NCBI RefSeq assembly: GCF_004010195.1
Contig: NC_057718.1
Span: 96,788,138 to 96,852,137, forward strand
Direction: 5' to 3'
DNA from: Chiloscyllium plagiosum
Taxonomy: Eukaryota
Length of the DNA stretch: 64,000 nucleotides
Below, one piece after another: positions 26,613 through 38,644 of the stretch; the first letter of the stretch is position 1; the number at the start of each line of letters is the position of its first letter. A model generated the notes under the pieces. The model searched no databases. It saw nothing but the letters and a program-made list of their open reading frames with translations, and was not told the DNA's origin. Made by a program: the position numbers and the translations under genes.

Positions 26613-27088
26613 CCGCCGGCGCCCTGGGGTTGTTCCGGGGGGGGGGCGCCGCGGGGGGTGGGGTGCGTTATTTCTCCCTCCGGCTCTGTTTTGATTTGGT
26701 CCCTGCCCTCCCCTTCACTGTTTTGGTCGCACGCGCTGCCCTTTGATGTGGGGGGCGGTGTTTGTCGCTGGCCACCCGGGTGTTTTCCTATCTTCCTGGC
26801 GGTGGAATTTGAATAAAGATTCGTGCACTTTGTGTCTTTCACTGTGTCTCACACCTGCACGCACACACCATGGGTGCTGGGGAAAAAATAAGCACTACCG
26901 CACTTAGGTGGTAGTGTGGGGGTTAAAAAAAAATATATAAAACAAAAAAAAAAGGATGGTAAGGGCACTGCTTGTCACTGGCCACAAAAAAAAGAAGGGC
27001 TTATGCCCGAAACGTCGATTCTCCTGTTCCCTGGATGCTGCCTGACCTGCTGCGCTTTTCCAGCAACACATTTTCAGCACAAAAAAAA
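26613..27088 (+). mobile_element. Composite Tx1-type retrocopy with A-to-G hypermutated 5' part and 15-bp TSD
   Basis: Homologous to 14053-14370. Followed by further A-tailed segments, including a family A Penelope fragment. TSD tagacagagattggt at 26598-26612 and 27089-27103. Confidence 0.8.
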
Positions 27089-28962
27089 TAGACAGAGATT
27101 GGTTAAGTAAGGGGGATAAGGTTGGCAAAGGACGTATAATGTGAGAAAATATGAAGTTGTTCATTTTGGAAGGGAGAATAAAGGGACATAAATGTAGCAC
27201 CCAGAAAATGTTGATTAAAATAGAGTGACCAAAGAAAATCTTCCCATCTTCTCATAAATCAGAATTCACACAACATTTTGCCCGGTTATAATCCAACAGG
27301 TTTATTCAAAAACACACGTTTTCAGAGGAACACTGATGAACGAGCAACACTCCAATAGCATCTGATTTCAAATAAACCTGTTGAACTATGACCTAGTGTT
27401 GTGTGACTTCTGACCTTGCCCACCCCAGTCCAACACCAGCCCCTCCACATCACATCTTCTCATATTCACATGAAAGTCACCCATGGTGCTCGGTTTAGTT
27501 TTGAATCTGCAATAGTAATAGATGGAGATATAATTTGAAAAGTGTCCTGTGTAGGAGAGACTACACATTAATGTAAGCCCACATCCACCAGCCAGAATAC
27601 CAACTTGACTCAAAGTGAAACAGATTTCAATTTTGAACAAAATAAATCTTCTCCAAATCTATTGAGATGGGCATCACTCCGTTGTGTCTACAACAGATAA
27701 AACAAGATATAAGAAAGTAAAAGGTATTGGGAGGTATTCAATTCCAGTTCTCTTCAGACAATTAAAGGATTTTCTTCACTAAATGTATTCCAAGGTTCTA
27801 GACGGGAAATAAGTTGAACAGGCATTTAATCTTTTTATTGACTCATCAGATTCAATGGCGTTTCTTGTGAAGAAAAATGGAAACAATGCCCTGCCAGTAG
27901 CAGTGGTGGACTCTCCCTCATTATGGGCATTTAAGCGGGCATTGGATAGCCATATGGAGGATAGTGGACTAGTGTAGGTTAGGTGGGCTTGGATCGGCGC
28001 AACATCGAGGGCCGAAGGGCCTGTACTGCGCTGTATTCTTCTATGTTCTATGATAAAGAATGCACTTTCCTTGACAGCTTACCTCATCTCTCACAAAGCT
28101 TAACGCATGGAAGCTCAAACAAAAATTGCGGTAAAAGCTCAGCAAGTCGGGCTGTGGAGAGAAGTCAGAGTTAACATTTCGGGTCAAGTTACCCTTCCTC
28201 AGACACATAAAGGACTTTTTTTCATTAATTCACACGCTAGGTCAGCATTTATTGCCCATCCCTAATTGCCCAGAGGGGAGGTTAAAAGTCAACCACATTG
28301 TGGTGGGTCTGGAGTCACATGTAGGCCAGACTGGGTAAGGATGGTAGTTTCCTTCTCTCAAGGACATTAGTGTTCCAGATGGGTTTGTAAAACAATTGAC
28401 AACAGCTTCATAATGATCATTGAACTCTTCATTCCAGACTTGTATTGATAACTAATTCTATCACCTGCTATGGCAGAATAAAACTTATTCAAGTACTGCT
28501 TTTGCAGCCACTGAGAGAACCGTGGTTAAAGAATTCACCTCAAAGACAAAGGTTTCTGGAGAGCAGAAATTGCCATCACAATGCTGGGATGGCATGGTGG
28601 CTCAGTGGTTAGCACTGCTGTCTCACAGCGCCAGGTTTGATTCCAGCCTCGGGCAACTGTCTGTGTGGAGTTTGTACATTCTCCCCGTGTCTGTGTGGGT
28701 TCCCTCCAGGTGCTCCGGTTTCTTCCCACAGTCCAAAGATGTGCAGGTTAGGTGAATAGGCTATGCTAAACTGGCCAGCATCCTTTCCAAGAAACCAACT
28801 GCTATACAGTCAGTTTAAAGTCTGGTGGGAGTGTTAGCAGAGGGGCAGGTAACTGGTAGAGTGGGTAGGTGGGGAAGTGAGTGCAGTCTTGCAGAGTGAA
28901 TGGGATATCAGTTCTGGAGTTATTCAAGAGTTGGACTAGGTGCTTTTAGTCTAGAATTCATC

Positions 28963-29595
28963 ATAGATTCCCTACAACATGGAAGCTAGGCCATTCAGCC
29001 CATTGAGTCCACACCAACCCTTTGAGGAGCATCCCACCTGGACACACCCCATTTCTGTAACCCTGCTTTTCCCATAACTAATCCACCTAGCCTGCACAAC
29101 CCTGGACACTATGGAGCAATTTAGCATGGCCAAATCACCTAACCTGCACATTGGGGCGGCACGGTGGCTCAGTGGTTAGCACTGCTGGCCAGGTTCGATT
29201 CTAGCCTCGGGCGACTATCTGTGTGGAGTTTGCACATTCTCCCCGTGTCTGTGTGGGTTTCCTCCGGGTGCTCCGGTTTTCTCCCAAATTCCAAAGATGT
29301 GCAGGTCAGGACAATTGGCCATGCTAAATTGTCCCATAGTGGTTCGGTGCATTAGTCAGAGGGAAAATGGGTCTGGGTGGGTTACTCTTCAGAGGGTCGG
29401 TGTGGACTTGTAGGGCCGATTTCCACACTGTAGGTTATCTAATCTAATCTAATCTTTGGACTGTGGGAGGAAACCCACGCAGACACGGGGAGAATGTGCA
29501 AACTCCACACGGACAGTTGCCTGAGGATGGAATTGAACCCGGGTCTCTGGCACTGTGAGGCAGCAGTGCTAACCACTGAGCCACCGTGCTGCCCC
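28963..29595. mobile_element. HE1 SINE (+, about 29153-29455) nested inside an opposite-strand HE1 SINE
   Basis: Host minus-strand copy is split at aacctgcaca|...|tctttggactgtgggagg. The insert has its own head and (TCTAA)n tail. Confidence 0.8.
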
Positions 29596-30039
29596 AACTC
29601 CTGGATCGGCATTCAGGTTAAGTGCATCAGAACTGTCCAGGTAGGTGCATGTTGGAACAGCTTGGGCCAGTGCACTGAAGGGTTCTTGTGGTGCAGTAGT
29701 AGTGTTGCTATCTATGATCCAAGAGGCTTGGGTTCAAATCGCATCTGCTCCAGGATTAGAAAATATTTGACCAAGTGCACTGCTACTTCTGGAGCACGGA
29801 TTTTCAGTATTAATTATCCTAGTTTTGAGGGGGCAGGTGATGCTCAGAAACGCCTGCATTTGCAACTTCCCCTCCGAACCAGGCACCATCCTAATTTAGA
29901 ACTATATCACCGCTGTTTTTCACCATTGCTGGATGGAGATTCTGGACTCCCTCCCCACAGCCCTGTCAATGTACTATCCCCATTACACTGCAGCGGTTCT
30001 AGAAGATGGCTCTCCACCATCTTGTCCAAGTCAACCAGA

Positions 30040-30460
30040 GATATTCATGGCCAATACGAGACTCCCCAAGCAGGTGCTCTCCTCCCAGCTCCAAAACGGC
30101 AGGTGAGCTACAGGTGGGACAGAGGACGCGCTTCAGGCATACCCACAAGGCCTCACCGGGGAAGTGTGGCACTCCCACAGACACCCGGGAATCACTGGCC
30201 CGACACCATCCAAAATGGAGGAGCAGCATCCAGGAAGGTGTCGTGCACTTCGAGACTTGACATAGAGAAAAAAGAAGCCGAGGGGAAATAGGGAAAGGAG
30301 CTGCCAAACCAATGCCTCACCCACCCCTTCCCATGACCACCTTCTGTCCCAAGTGTAACACGGCCTGCGGTAGCTGCATTGGTCTATACAGCCTCCTATG
30401 GACTCACCCTGAAAATGGCACAGAGTTATCCCCGTCTGCGATGGGCCACTGATGATGACA
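30040..30460 (+). mobile_element. RTE-clade LINE 3' end
   Basis: MANTRLPKQVLSSQL...GQRTRFRHTHKAS...WRSSIQEGVVHFE and a C-terminal CPKCNTACGSCIGLYSLLWTH zinc-finger-like end. Confidence 0.75.
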
Positions 30461-30550
30461 ATCCATTATGACAGACGATTCAAAGGTTTTAAGCAGCACC
30501 TTTTGAGGGGTAAGGAGGCAGAAGAAGTCTAGAGGAAGATATCGCAGGGC

Positions 30551-31265
30551 CTAAGGTCCTGGGCTAATGGTCGGATACTTGGTAGTGTGGATGAGCAGAG
30601 GGATCTTGGTGTCCATGTACACAAATCTTTGAAAGTTGCCACCCAGGTAAATAGTGCGGTGAAGAAGGCATATGCCGTACTGGCTTTTATTGGTAGAGGA
30701 ATTGAGTTCCCGAGTCCTGAGATCATGTTGCAGTTGCATAAGACTCTGGTGCAGCCGCATCTGGAGTATTGTGTGCAGTCTTGGTCGCCATATTATAGGA
30801 AGGATGTGGAGGCACTGGAACAGGTGCAGAGGAGGTTTACCAGGATGTTGCCTGGTATAGTAGAAAGATCGTATGAGGAAAGGCTGAGGCACTTGGGGTT
30901 GTTTTCATTGGAGAAAAGAAGGTTTAGGGGTGACTTGACAGAGGTGTACAAGATGATTAGGGGTTTAGATAGGGCCGACAGTGAGAATCTTTTTCCTCGT
31001 ATGGAGTCAGCTATTACAAGGTGGCATAGCTTTAAATTAAGGGGGGGTAGGTATAGGACAGATGTTAGGGGTAGGTTCTTTACTCAGCGAGTCGTGAGTT
31101 CATGGAATGCCCTGCCAGTAGCAGTGGTGGACTCTCCCTCATTATGGGCATTTAAGCGGGCATTGGATAGGCATATGGAGGATAGTGTAGGTTAGGTGGG
31201 CTTGGATCGGCGCAACATCGAGAGCCGAAGGGCCTGTACTGCGCTGTATTCTTCTATGTTCTATG
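30551..31265 (+). mobile_element. Young CR1 LINE 3' end with uninterrupted 202-aa ORF2 C-terminus
   Basis: EQRDLGVHVHKSLK...HLEYCVQSWSPYYRKDVEALEQVQRRFTRMLPG...FFTQRVVSSWNALP. (TTCTATG)n tail; near-identical tail copy at 27884-28052. Confidence 0.92.
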
Positions 31266-31726
31266 TAAGGCCTCACACAACTCTGGGCATGACCACCAAA
31301 AGAGAACAAGTTAACAACGGGGATGTCAAAGAGACCAAGATGTGCAGATGTGTGAGGCTGGAAGGGAGTACAGAGATCAGGAGGGCTGAGGCTCTGGAAA
31401 GCAGACGCAACATTTTGGTAGAAAGGTTGTCACACTGAGAGCGAGACAATGCCAATCTGCAAGTATAGGAGTGAGGGGGTGGGGAGGGGAGTGGAGGGTG
31501 CAGTGTGGTGCGAGTTAAGAGGCAGGTGTGTTCACTCAGGGTACAAACTGGAACACCAGCCTGGCTGCACAGGGATGCTCATGCCTGGGGAGCAAAGTCA
31601 CGGACGAGGGCTTCCACAGCCGATGAGCCGAGATAGGGTGAAGCCGGCTGACTTGGACAACCCGCTTCATCCTCATGCATTGTACATACAAATCAAGCTG
31701 GACAGAAAAGGTACAAAAGGCATGCA

Positions 31727-31732
31727 TTTATT
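31727..31732 (-). promoter_or_regulatory. Candidate TMX4 polyadenylation signal (AATAAA), implying a 3' UTR of about 3.3 kb
   Basis: TTTATT on + strand at the distal end of a largely non-repetitive AT-rich stretch downstream of the TMX4 stop codon. Assignment is inference. Confidence 0.45.
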
Positions 31733-34124
31733 GCATCTTCTGTTAACAAACTGACACTTCTATAAAGACTCGCATTGTAAAAATTGCGTGGTCGCCTCCC
31801 TCGCAAAAACTGAACACAACTCGCCATGTCACATCCCTTCTGCCTTCTCGCGAGTGTAGCTATTGACTGAACCTAAAACTCGAGTGAAAGATGTCTGTGC
31901 AATTTAACATCGTGGTGCACACCATGTCCGTCTCGCCTGACTTTGCAACCTTCTGAAGCAGCGAGCTGCTCTGAGCTTCAAGTAAATCCTTCAATTAACA
32001 CGGCACAGTGCAAAGAAAGGGAATTTTACAAGAGCCTTTCAGAACGAACCACCGGTTTCATAGACAAGTGTTGCAGTCGAGAATCTCAAACTAAAACCTT
32101 AACGTGTGCCCACTGTGACACACGGGTGTAGACAGACATAAGGGCGGCAAAGTGGTGAACACTGCTGCCTCTCAGCGCCAGGGACCCGGGTTCGACTCCC
32201 GCCTCGGGCGATTGTGTGGAGCTTCCACATTCTCCCCAGTGTCTGCGTGGGATTACTCCGGTTTCCTCCCACAGCCCAAAGCTGTGCAGGTTAGGGTGCT
32301 AAATTGCCGATATTATTCAGGGGATGTGTGGGTCGGGTGCACTAGCCAGGGGAACGTAGATGGAAAGGATAGGGGAATGGGTCCGGGTGGGATATTCTTC
32401 GGAGGATCGGTGTGGACTTGATGGACCAAATGTCCCCACACCGTCGGGATTCAATGAAGTTCTCGCATGCCTCACACTAAATTGTAAACAAGACCGGCCA
32501 AACTACGGGCAAAGCAATAAATACAAAATTAGGCAGGTACTTCTGCATTCAACTCACAAACAAAGTAGAGAGATCCACCTTCAACATCATTCACATAAAA
32601 TACAAAAGGTAAATTTTAAAATACAATCTTCCATACCCCCGCAGTAATACAAATCCAAAAAAAATATTTTTTACAAAAATAGTGAAAAATTCTGCACTGC
32701 AGGCCTGAACTTTTCATCAGGGGATACTGAACGGTTATGTACAAATGGCGGAACCTGTTAAATCTAACAGAAATGCATGTATCATTGTGGCCGTGCAGTT
32801 GTCAATATATTGCTCAGAGTATCAAAATAAAAGTCAACTGTTTCAAAACAGTAGTTACAATATAATCCCCCAAAACACTGTACAGTTATAAATCTGTCCC
32901 CTATCCAAGCGACAATCTTTTCAACTTTTCCCAAATTGTACTGGAAAACTTAATATTGCAGTGTATTGCTGTATTTTAAAAGACATCTCGACAAACGTTG
33001 CTGAAATCAAAAGCCCGGTGTCCATTTCTGTGGAGAGTCAAGATCCCTCGAATATAAAAGGAATCCATTTGTTTCTAACCCAGGTTGGAGCTGGGGTGTG
33101 AGGGCCCTGTGTGAGTCAAATCCGGCCATCCCATAACATTGCACCAGCAGACAAAACATGTGCAGGTTTACAAAGGATGGTAGGTTAAGGGGGTTTGGCA
33201 TAATTCCAGGAAGAGGCTTTTCCCCAAGAACGCACAAGATTCGGACAGTAATCCACACGTTTTGATCAGCGGCCACGTTATGGTAAGGAGAGCACAACAG
33301 TGTTCCGAGCCGATTTCTCTCCTGCTATTCGAAAGGCAAGGCATTAACCCTTATGTTAAAAGACAGAAGTCACATGACACTAGGCTGTAGTCCAACATCA
33401 GTCGGGGCGAAGCTGAAAGAGCTCAGCAGGTCAGACAGCATCACAGGAGCAGGAAAATCAAACGGGTCCTGAAACATTGACTCCCCGCATGACCTGCGGT
33501 GCTTTTCCAGCTTCACATTACTGACTCGGATCTCCAGCATCTGCAGTCCTCACTGTGTCTTCTAGTCCAATATGTTTAGTTGAAATCACAAGCTTTCGGA
33601 ACGTTCAGAGGGATGAGGGTGCAGCGCTCTGAAAACTTGTGATTTCAAATAAACCTGTTGGACTGTAGCCTGGTGGCATCTGACTTCTGACTGTGTAAAC
33701 CCCAGTCCAACACCGGCACCTACAAATCATGTTCACAGAGTAAAAGGGAACAAGTGATTAGGTGCATGTGTTTGGTGGTGGTGGTGGGGGGGGGTGGCAG
33801 GTCACTCAGTATCACTCCAAGTGTTCACTCGGCACGGCAGACAGCGATTTGGACCTTTCCACTCACGTAAATATCAAAACCAGCACCAAGACACACAGAC
33901 AGACAACTCCTGCCCTCCTTCAGTGCGGGCACACTCACTCCCCCTCATGATACTTTTGAGGCCATCTTGAAAAACGTCTGCCAACAGCCGCGATAGTAAA
34001 TCCCACTGTTTGAATCCGATGCAGCAAGTGTTTGACTCCGTGCTCCTGAATGGAGTATACACTAAAAATGGCAAGTCAAAACATGCCAACCTTTACCTGG
34101 AAGTAGAACTCCTATTCAAAACAT

Positions 34125-34132
34125 GAGGGAGG

Positions 34133-34165
<33 letters not shown>

Positions 34166-34260
34166 AGAGGGAGAGGGAGAGAAAGAGAAAGAGGGAGAGA
34201 GAGGGAGAGAAAGAGAAAGAGGGAGAGAAGAGAAAGAAAGAAAGAAAAAAAAAACACACA
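34125..34260. repeat. Polypurine (GA)n tract in the putative TMX4 3' UTR
   Basis: About 130 nt of almost only G and A. Confidence 0.9.
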
Positions 34261-35014
34261 CAGTGACAGACACAGAAACTTGCAGCACGATCTGCAGATT
34301 GCTAACTTGCAGATCCATCTTCAATCCTGTAGGAACTGCAAATATTTGGGCTCTTCTTCCAGCTAGTCAGTCAAAGCAAGCATATCAAGAATGGCTTAAA
34401 ATTTAACTGGATGCTTTTTTCAGAGGGTTAGCTTTGAAGATGAACTTCAACAGATCAAATGACATTTTCTTGTCTCGATTGTTCTTAAGGGCTAAAATGA
34501 AAATGGTTCCATGTCATAGAAGGGAGAGAGAGCGCGAGAGGGCAGGAGTAAGAAAATGAGCAGGAGAGAGAGGAAGTGAGGGGGGGGGAGAGAAAGAGAG
34601 CGAGCACGCGTGCAACCAGGGCACTACCCATTTTGGCCAAGGTTCCAGTATGAAGTTAGCAGGCGGCACTATTTGCTTTAGAGATAACCTCTGCTCACAG
34701 AAACTTGGAGCACCGCTGCCCTTTTTTTCATACAAAGTACAAAATGTGAAAACATTCATTAACCTACAAAAACCACTGTCTTTTTTTTTTGGAAAAAAAA
34801 AGGTTACAGGCAGAGCCTGCACATTATATTCAGTTAACAATAGATCAAGATTGTCATAGCCGATAAATCTGTCACAAAGAGGAAAGAAAAGTGAATCCAA
34901 ACAAACCAAATTTCAAAATCCAAGACAAAACAAAATAGGGACAGAAAGTCCACAGAAGCACAATTCTTTGGTCGGAGTCCGAGCTAGTGGCATACGTGCC
35001 TGTAAAAGGAGAGC

Positions 35015-35235
35015 TTAGGAATCTTCCGGGATGATTCGTTTGCGGAGCCCCCCGTCTGTGTCGTTGTCAGACGGCGGCTGATCTTCCTCAAAAGCCGACT
35101 CGTCTCCTGAGGGCTTGGCGTCTAGAGGGTTGTCTTCATCCTCAGCTCCTGAGCCGTGCGGTTCCCACTCGGAGGGATCCAGTTCCCTCTTCTCCAGCTC
35201 CTCGGAGTCCTCATCTTCCGCTTCCAACATCTCTG
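35015..35235 (-). CDS. TMX4: TMX4 terminal exon 8 (acidic cytosolic tail)
   Basis: Branch-like ctgac, then tcag|cag|ag acceptor in phase 1. Encodes (A)EMLEAEDEDSEELEKRELDP...DNDTDGGLRKRIIPEDS followed by TAA at 35015-35017. The acidic tail ending in LR(K/Q)R is typical of TMX4. Confidence 0.85.
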
Positions 35236-35556
35236 CTGATTCAGAAAGGTCAGTCAAACACACAATGGTCACTGGACTGCCCCCCCCCCCACCCCCTCCT
35301 TGCCCTTCAGCCCCCTCCTCAGTAGGTCACTAACTCCCCATTGTCATCAGAAGTCACACGATATCAGGTTATAGTCCGACAGATTCACTTAAAATCACAA
35401 GCTTTTGAAGCACTGCCCCTTCATCAGGTGAAGTGGAGGGAGGGCACAGGCACAGAATATAGTGGCAGAGAGGTGATGGCAAGGTAGAACAAAGAAAATT
35501 ACAGCACGCAAACAGGCCCTTTGGCCCTCCAAGCCTGTACTGATCCAGATCCTCTG

Positions 35557-35850
35557 GGGGCAGCACGGTGGCACAGTGATTAGCACTGCTGCCTCACAGC
35601 ACCAGAGATCCGGGTTCAATTCCCGCACAATTCCCCTGTTTCTGTGTGGGTTTCCTCCGGGTGCTCCGGTTTCCTCCCACAGTCCAAAGATGTGCAGGTC
35701 AGGTGAATTGGCCATGCTAAACTGCCTGTAGTGTTGGGTGAAGGGGTAAATGTGGGGGAGTGGGTCTGGGTGGGTTGCGCTTCGGCGGGTCGGTGTGGAC
35801 TTGTTGGGCCGAAGGGCCTGCTTCCACACTGTAAGTAACCTAATCTAATC
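35557..35850 (+). mobile_element. Young HE1-type SINE
   Basis: gggcagcacggtggcacagtgattagcactgctgcc...gggccgaagggcctgcttccacactgtaagtaacctaatctaatc. Confidence 0.9.
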
Positions 35851-35854
35851 TCTA

Positions 35855-36290
35855 TTTAAACCTGACACCGAGTTTCTAAGGATCTGTATCCCTTTGCTCC
35901 GTGCCCATTCATATATCTAGCGAGATACATCTTAAATGATGCTCTCGTGCCTATCCCTACCACCTCCGCTGGCGTGTTCCAGGCACCCACCACCCTCTGC
36001 GTAAAGAACTTTTCACGCATATCTCCCTTAAACATTTCCCCTCTCATTTTGAACTCGTGACCCCTAGTAATCGAGTCCTCTACTCTGGGAAAATGTTTCT
36101 TGCTACCCACCCTGTCGACACCTCTCATGATTTTGTAGGCCTCAATCAGGTCCCCCCCCCCCACCCCACACAACCTTTGTCTTTCCAATTAAAATAATCC
36201 TAATCTACTCAACCTCTCTTCATAGTGAGTGCCCTCCATACCAGGCAACATCCTGGTGAACTTCCCTCTGAACCCCCTCCAAAGCATCCA
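35855..36290 (-). mobile_element. CR1 LINE 3' fragment
   Basis: DLIEAYKIMRGVDRV...FFTQRVVGAWN. Confidence 0.85.
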
Positions 36291-36404
36291 CGATTCCAGG
36301 TATTTAAGTAATGTCGACAGATACATACAAAAACCGAGGGTAGACTGTCAGCAGGCTGAATCACAAGACTTCGTAGGTAATCAAGAGCGCTAACAGATTA
36401 GTGG

Positions 36405-36647
36405 GCGACCGCTGTATCCGCAGGTCCGGTTACTGTGGTTTCAGATACCCGCGGTTTACCGCGGCCCAACCATAGCACATTTGTAAATCCCAGAACCAGG
36501 GACCAGGGGTTGCCGGGCAGGTACATTTCCCATTTAAATGAATAGGTTCACGTCTATCCGCGGTTTCAGGCTGCCGTGGTACGCCTTGGAACCAACCCCC
36601 TCCATGGGGACGGGACGGGAGGGGGGTGGGGTGGGGAAACGACTGTA
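36405..36647. mobile_element. Tigger/pogo-type MITE remnant (MER44/Tigger7-like)
   Basis: tatccgc...gtggtttcagatacccgcggtttaccgcggccc and ctatccgcggtttcaggc...cttggaaccaacccc...gactg-TA resemble Tigger7/MER44 subterminal sequence as recalled. Confidence 0.55.
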
Positions 36648-37719
36648 ATAGAAACGGTGCGAATACATTATTGACGGCTGAATAACCAGTACAAGAATAA
36701 TCAATGAGCTGATTAATTACGGGCAGAGAAATAATGACAAATCATTGAAAATAAGATGGGGCTAGAGACTAACTAACTGGCTGGGTTAACATGATTGGTA
36801 TCAGAGTCGCATGATAAGGGTCTAACAAAGTAGCAAATAATCCAAACCTGTGCAAACTAATTCAGGCAGAAAATTAATCACAAGTGATCAAGGTAATGGG
36901 GTCATTTGACTACCTGTTTGACCCCCACCATGCAACAGATACCCAACATGTTATCCCAGCCAACCGGTTGTCTCGAGCACCATCTTATTTTTGATAGCTG
37001 CTGATTATCTCTCTGCCTTAATTAATTGGTTCATAGCTCATCCCTTCACCGGTGTCGACACTTCACTCTCACTACTTGTACTTAGCTGTTGATACTCTTA
37101 ACCACCTGGAACTACCTTGCCATTGCCTCTCCACCTATATACGCTGTGCCTGTGCACCTCCCTCCACTTCACCTGAAGAGGCAATGCTCCGAAAGCTTGT
37201 GACTTTAAATAAACCTGTTGGACTGTAACCTGGTGTCATGTGACTTTTGACTTTGTCCGCCCCAGTCCAACACCGGCTCCTCCACTGCAAAGTAGTGACC
37301 AATCTCCAAATCACTGTTTACTCCTTGAACTGTTGTTCACAGGGTATACAGCGAGAGAAAGCTCTTTACTGGAACCAGCAGTCTTTGCCTGCCAATGGAC
37401 AAAGGATTCAACTCATGCGGGCACAGACATGCACTGTATTACTCCAGAGTGCAGGACACTACCACTTCTGGAGAGCAACATTAGCAACATCCTGTTCCAG
37501 CTTCTGGTAACAGCAAGGACAGTTATCAACGGCAGACAGATGTTTGTTGATTCGAAGAACACATGTCTGGACATAGACAATACAGATCAAAATCATATAA
37601 TCGCGCTCTTCACAAGGAAAAAGTCCATTGGTCATTCCCACCCTCCCATCACTGGGGCAGCCGGATGGATATCAAAACTAGCCCCGACAATTCAAAGAGA
37701 ACAAGCCAGTAAAATCAGT

Positions 37720-38191
37720 AAGATGATGTGAAACTTGAAAGGGTTCAGAAAAGATTTCCAAGGATGTCGCCAGGGTTGGAGGGTTTGAGCTATTATAGGG
37801 AGAGGCTGAACAGGCTGGGGCTATTTTCCCTGGAGCGTTGGAAGCTGAGGGGCTTGGATAGGGTAAATAGGCAAAGTCTGGGGTGGGTGGGGGTGTCCAG
37901 AACTAGAGGGCATAGGTTTAGAGTGAGAAGGGAAAGATATAAAAGAGACCTAAGGGGCAACTTTTTCACACAGAGGGTGGTACGGGTATGGAATGAGCTG
38001 CCAGAGGAAGTGGTGCAAGTTGGTTGCAATTACAGTATTTAAAAGGGATCTGGATGGGTAGATGAATAGGAAGGGTTTGGAGGGATATGGGCCAAATGCT
38101 GGCAAATGTGACTAGAATTTAGGATATCTGGTCGGCATGGACGAGTTGGACCGAAGGGATGTGTTTCCATGCTGTACATCTCTATGACTCT
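37720..38191 (+). mobile_element. CR1 LINE 3' fragment
   Basis: KLERVQKRFPRM...NFFTQRVVRVWNELPEEVV, plus CR1 tail. Confidence 0.9.
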
Positions 38192-38644
38192 GGATGTAGG
38201 TTTGCTCGCTGAGCTGGAAGGCTCATTTTCAGACATTTTGTCACCATATTAGGCAACACCATCAGTGAGCCTCCGGATGAAGCACTGGTGGCATGGTCCA
38301 CTTTCTATTTGTGTGTTTAGGTTTCCTTGGGTTGGTGATGTAATTTCTTGTGGTGACGTCATTTCCTGGGGTCATGCCATTTCCTGTTCTTTTTCTCGGA
38401 TTCAAGTCAATGTATTTGTTGATAGAGTTCCGGTTGGAATGCCATGCTTCTCGGAATTCTCACACATGTCTCTGTTTGGCTTGTCCTTGTCCTAATAGAA
38501 AGCAGGACATACCACCATCTGGAAGCTCACTGATGATGTCACCTAGCATGGTGATGAAACGTCTGGAAATGAACCTTCCAGCTCAACGAGCAACCCTACA
38601 TCCAGGACCTCAACCTGAGCTAAAAATCTTCTCAAAATGCGCTA
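38192..38644. mobile_element. Penelope-derived inverted-repeat element (family C) with 14-bp TSD
   Basis: Inverted arms ggatgtaggtttgctcgctgagctggaagg / ccttccagctcaacgagcaaccctacatcc. Flanked by atctctatgactct at 38178-38191 and 38645-38658. Confidence 0.75.
38527..38566 (+). ncRNA. Minimal hammerhead ribozyme motif (family C)
   Basis: TCA-CTGATGA-T-GTCACC-TAGCAT-GGTGAT-GAA-ACGT-C-TGG. Confidence 0.65.

Noticed and set aside
29494..30291. 265-aa ORF
   Set aside because: Chance read-through across SINE, L2-like and out-of-frame RTE remnants.
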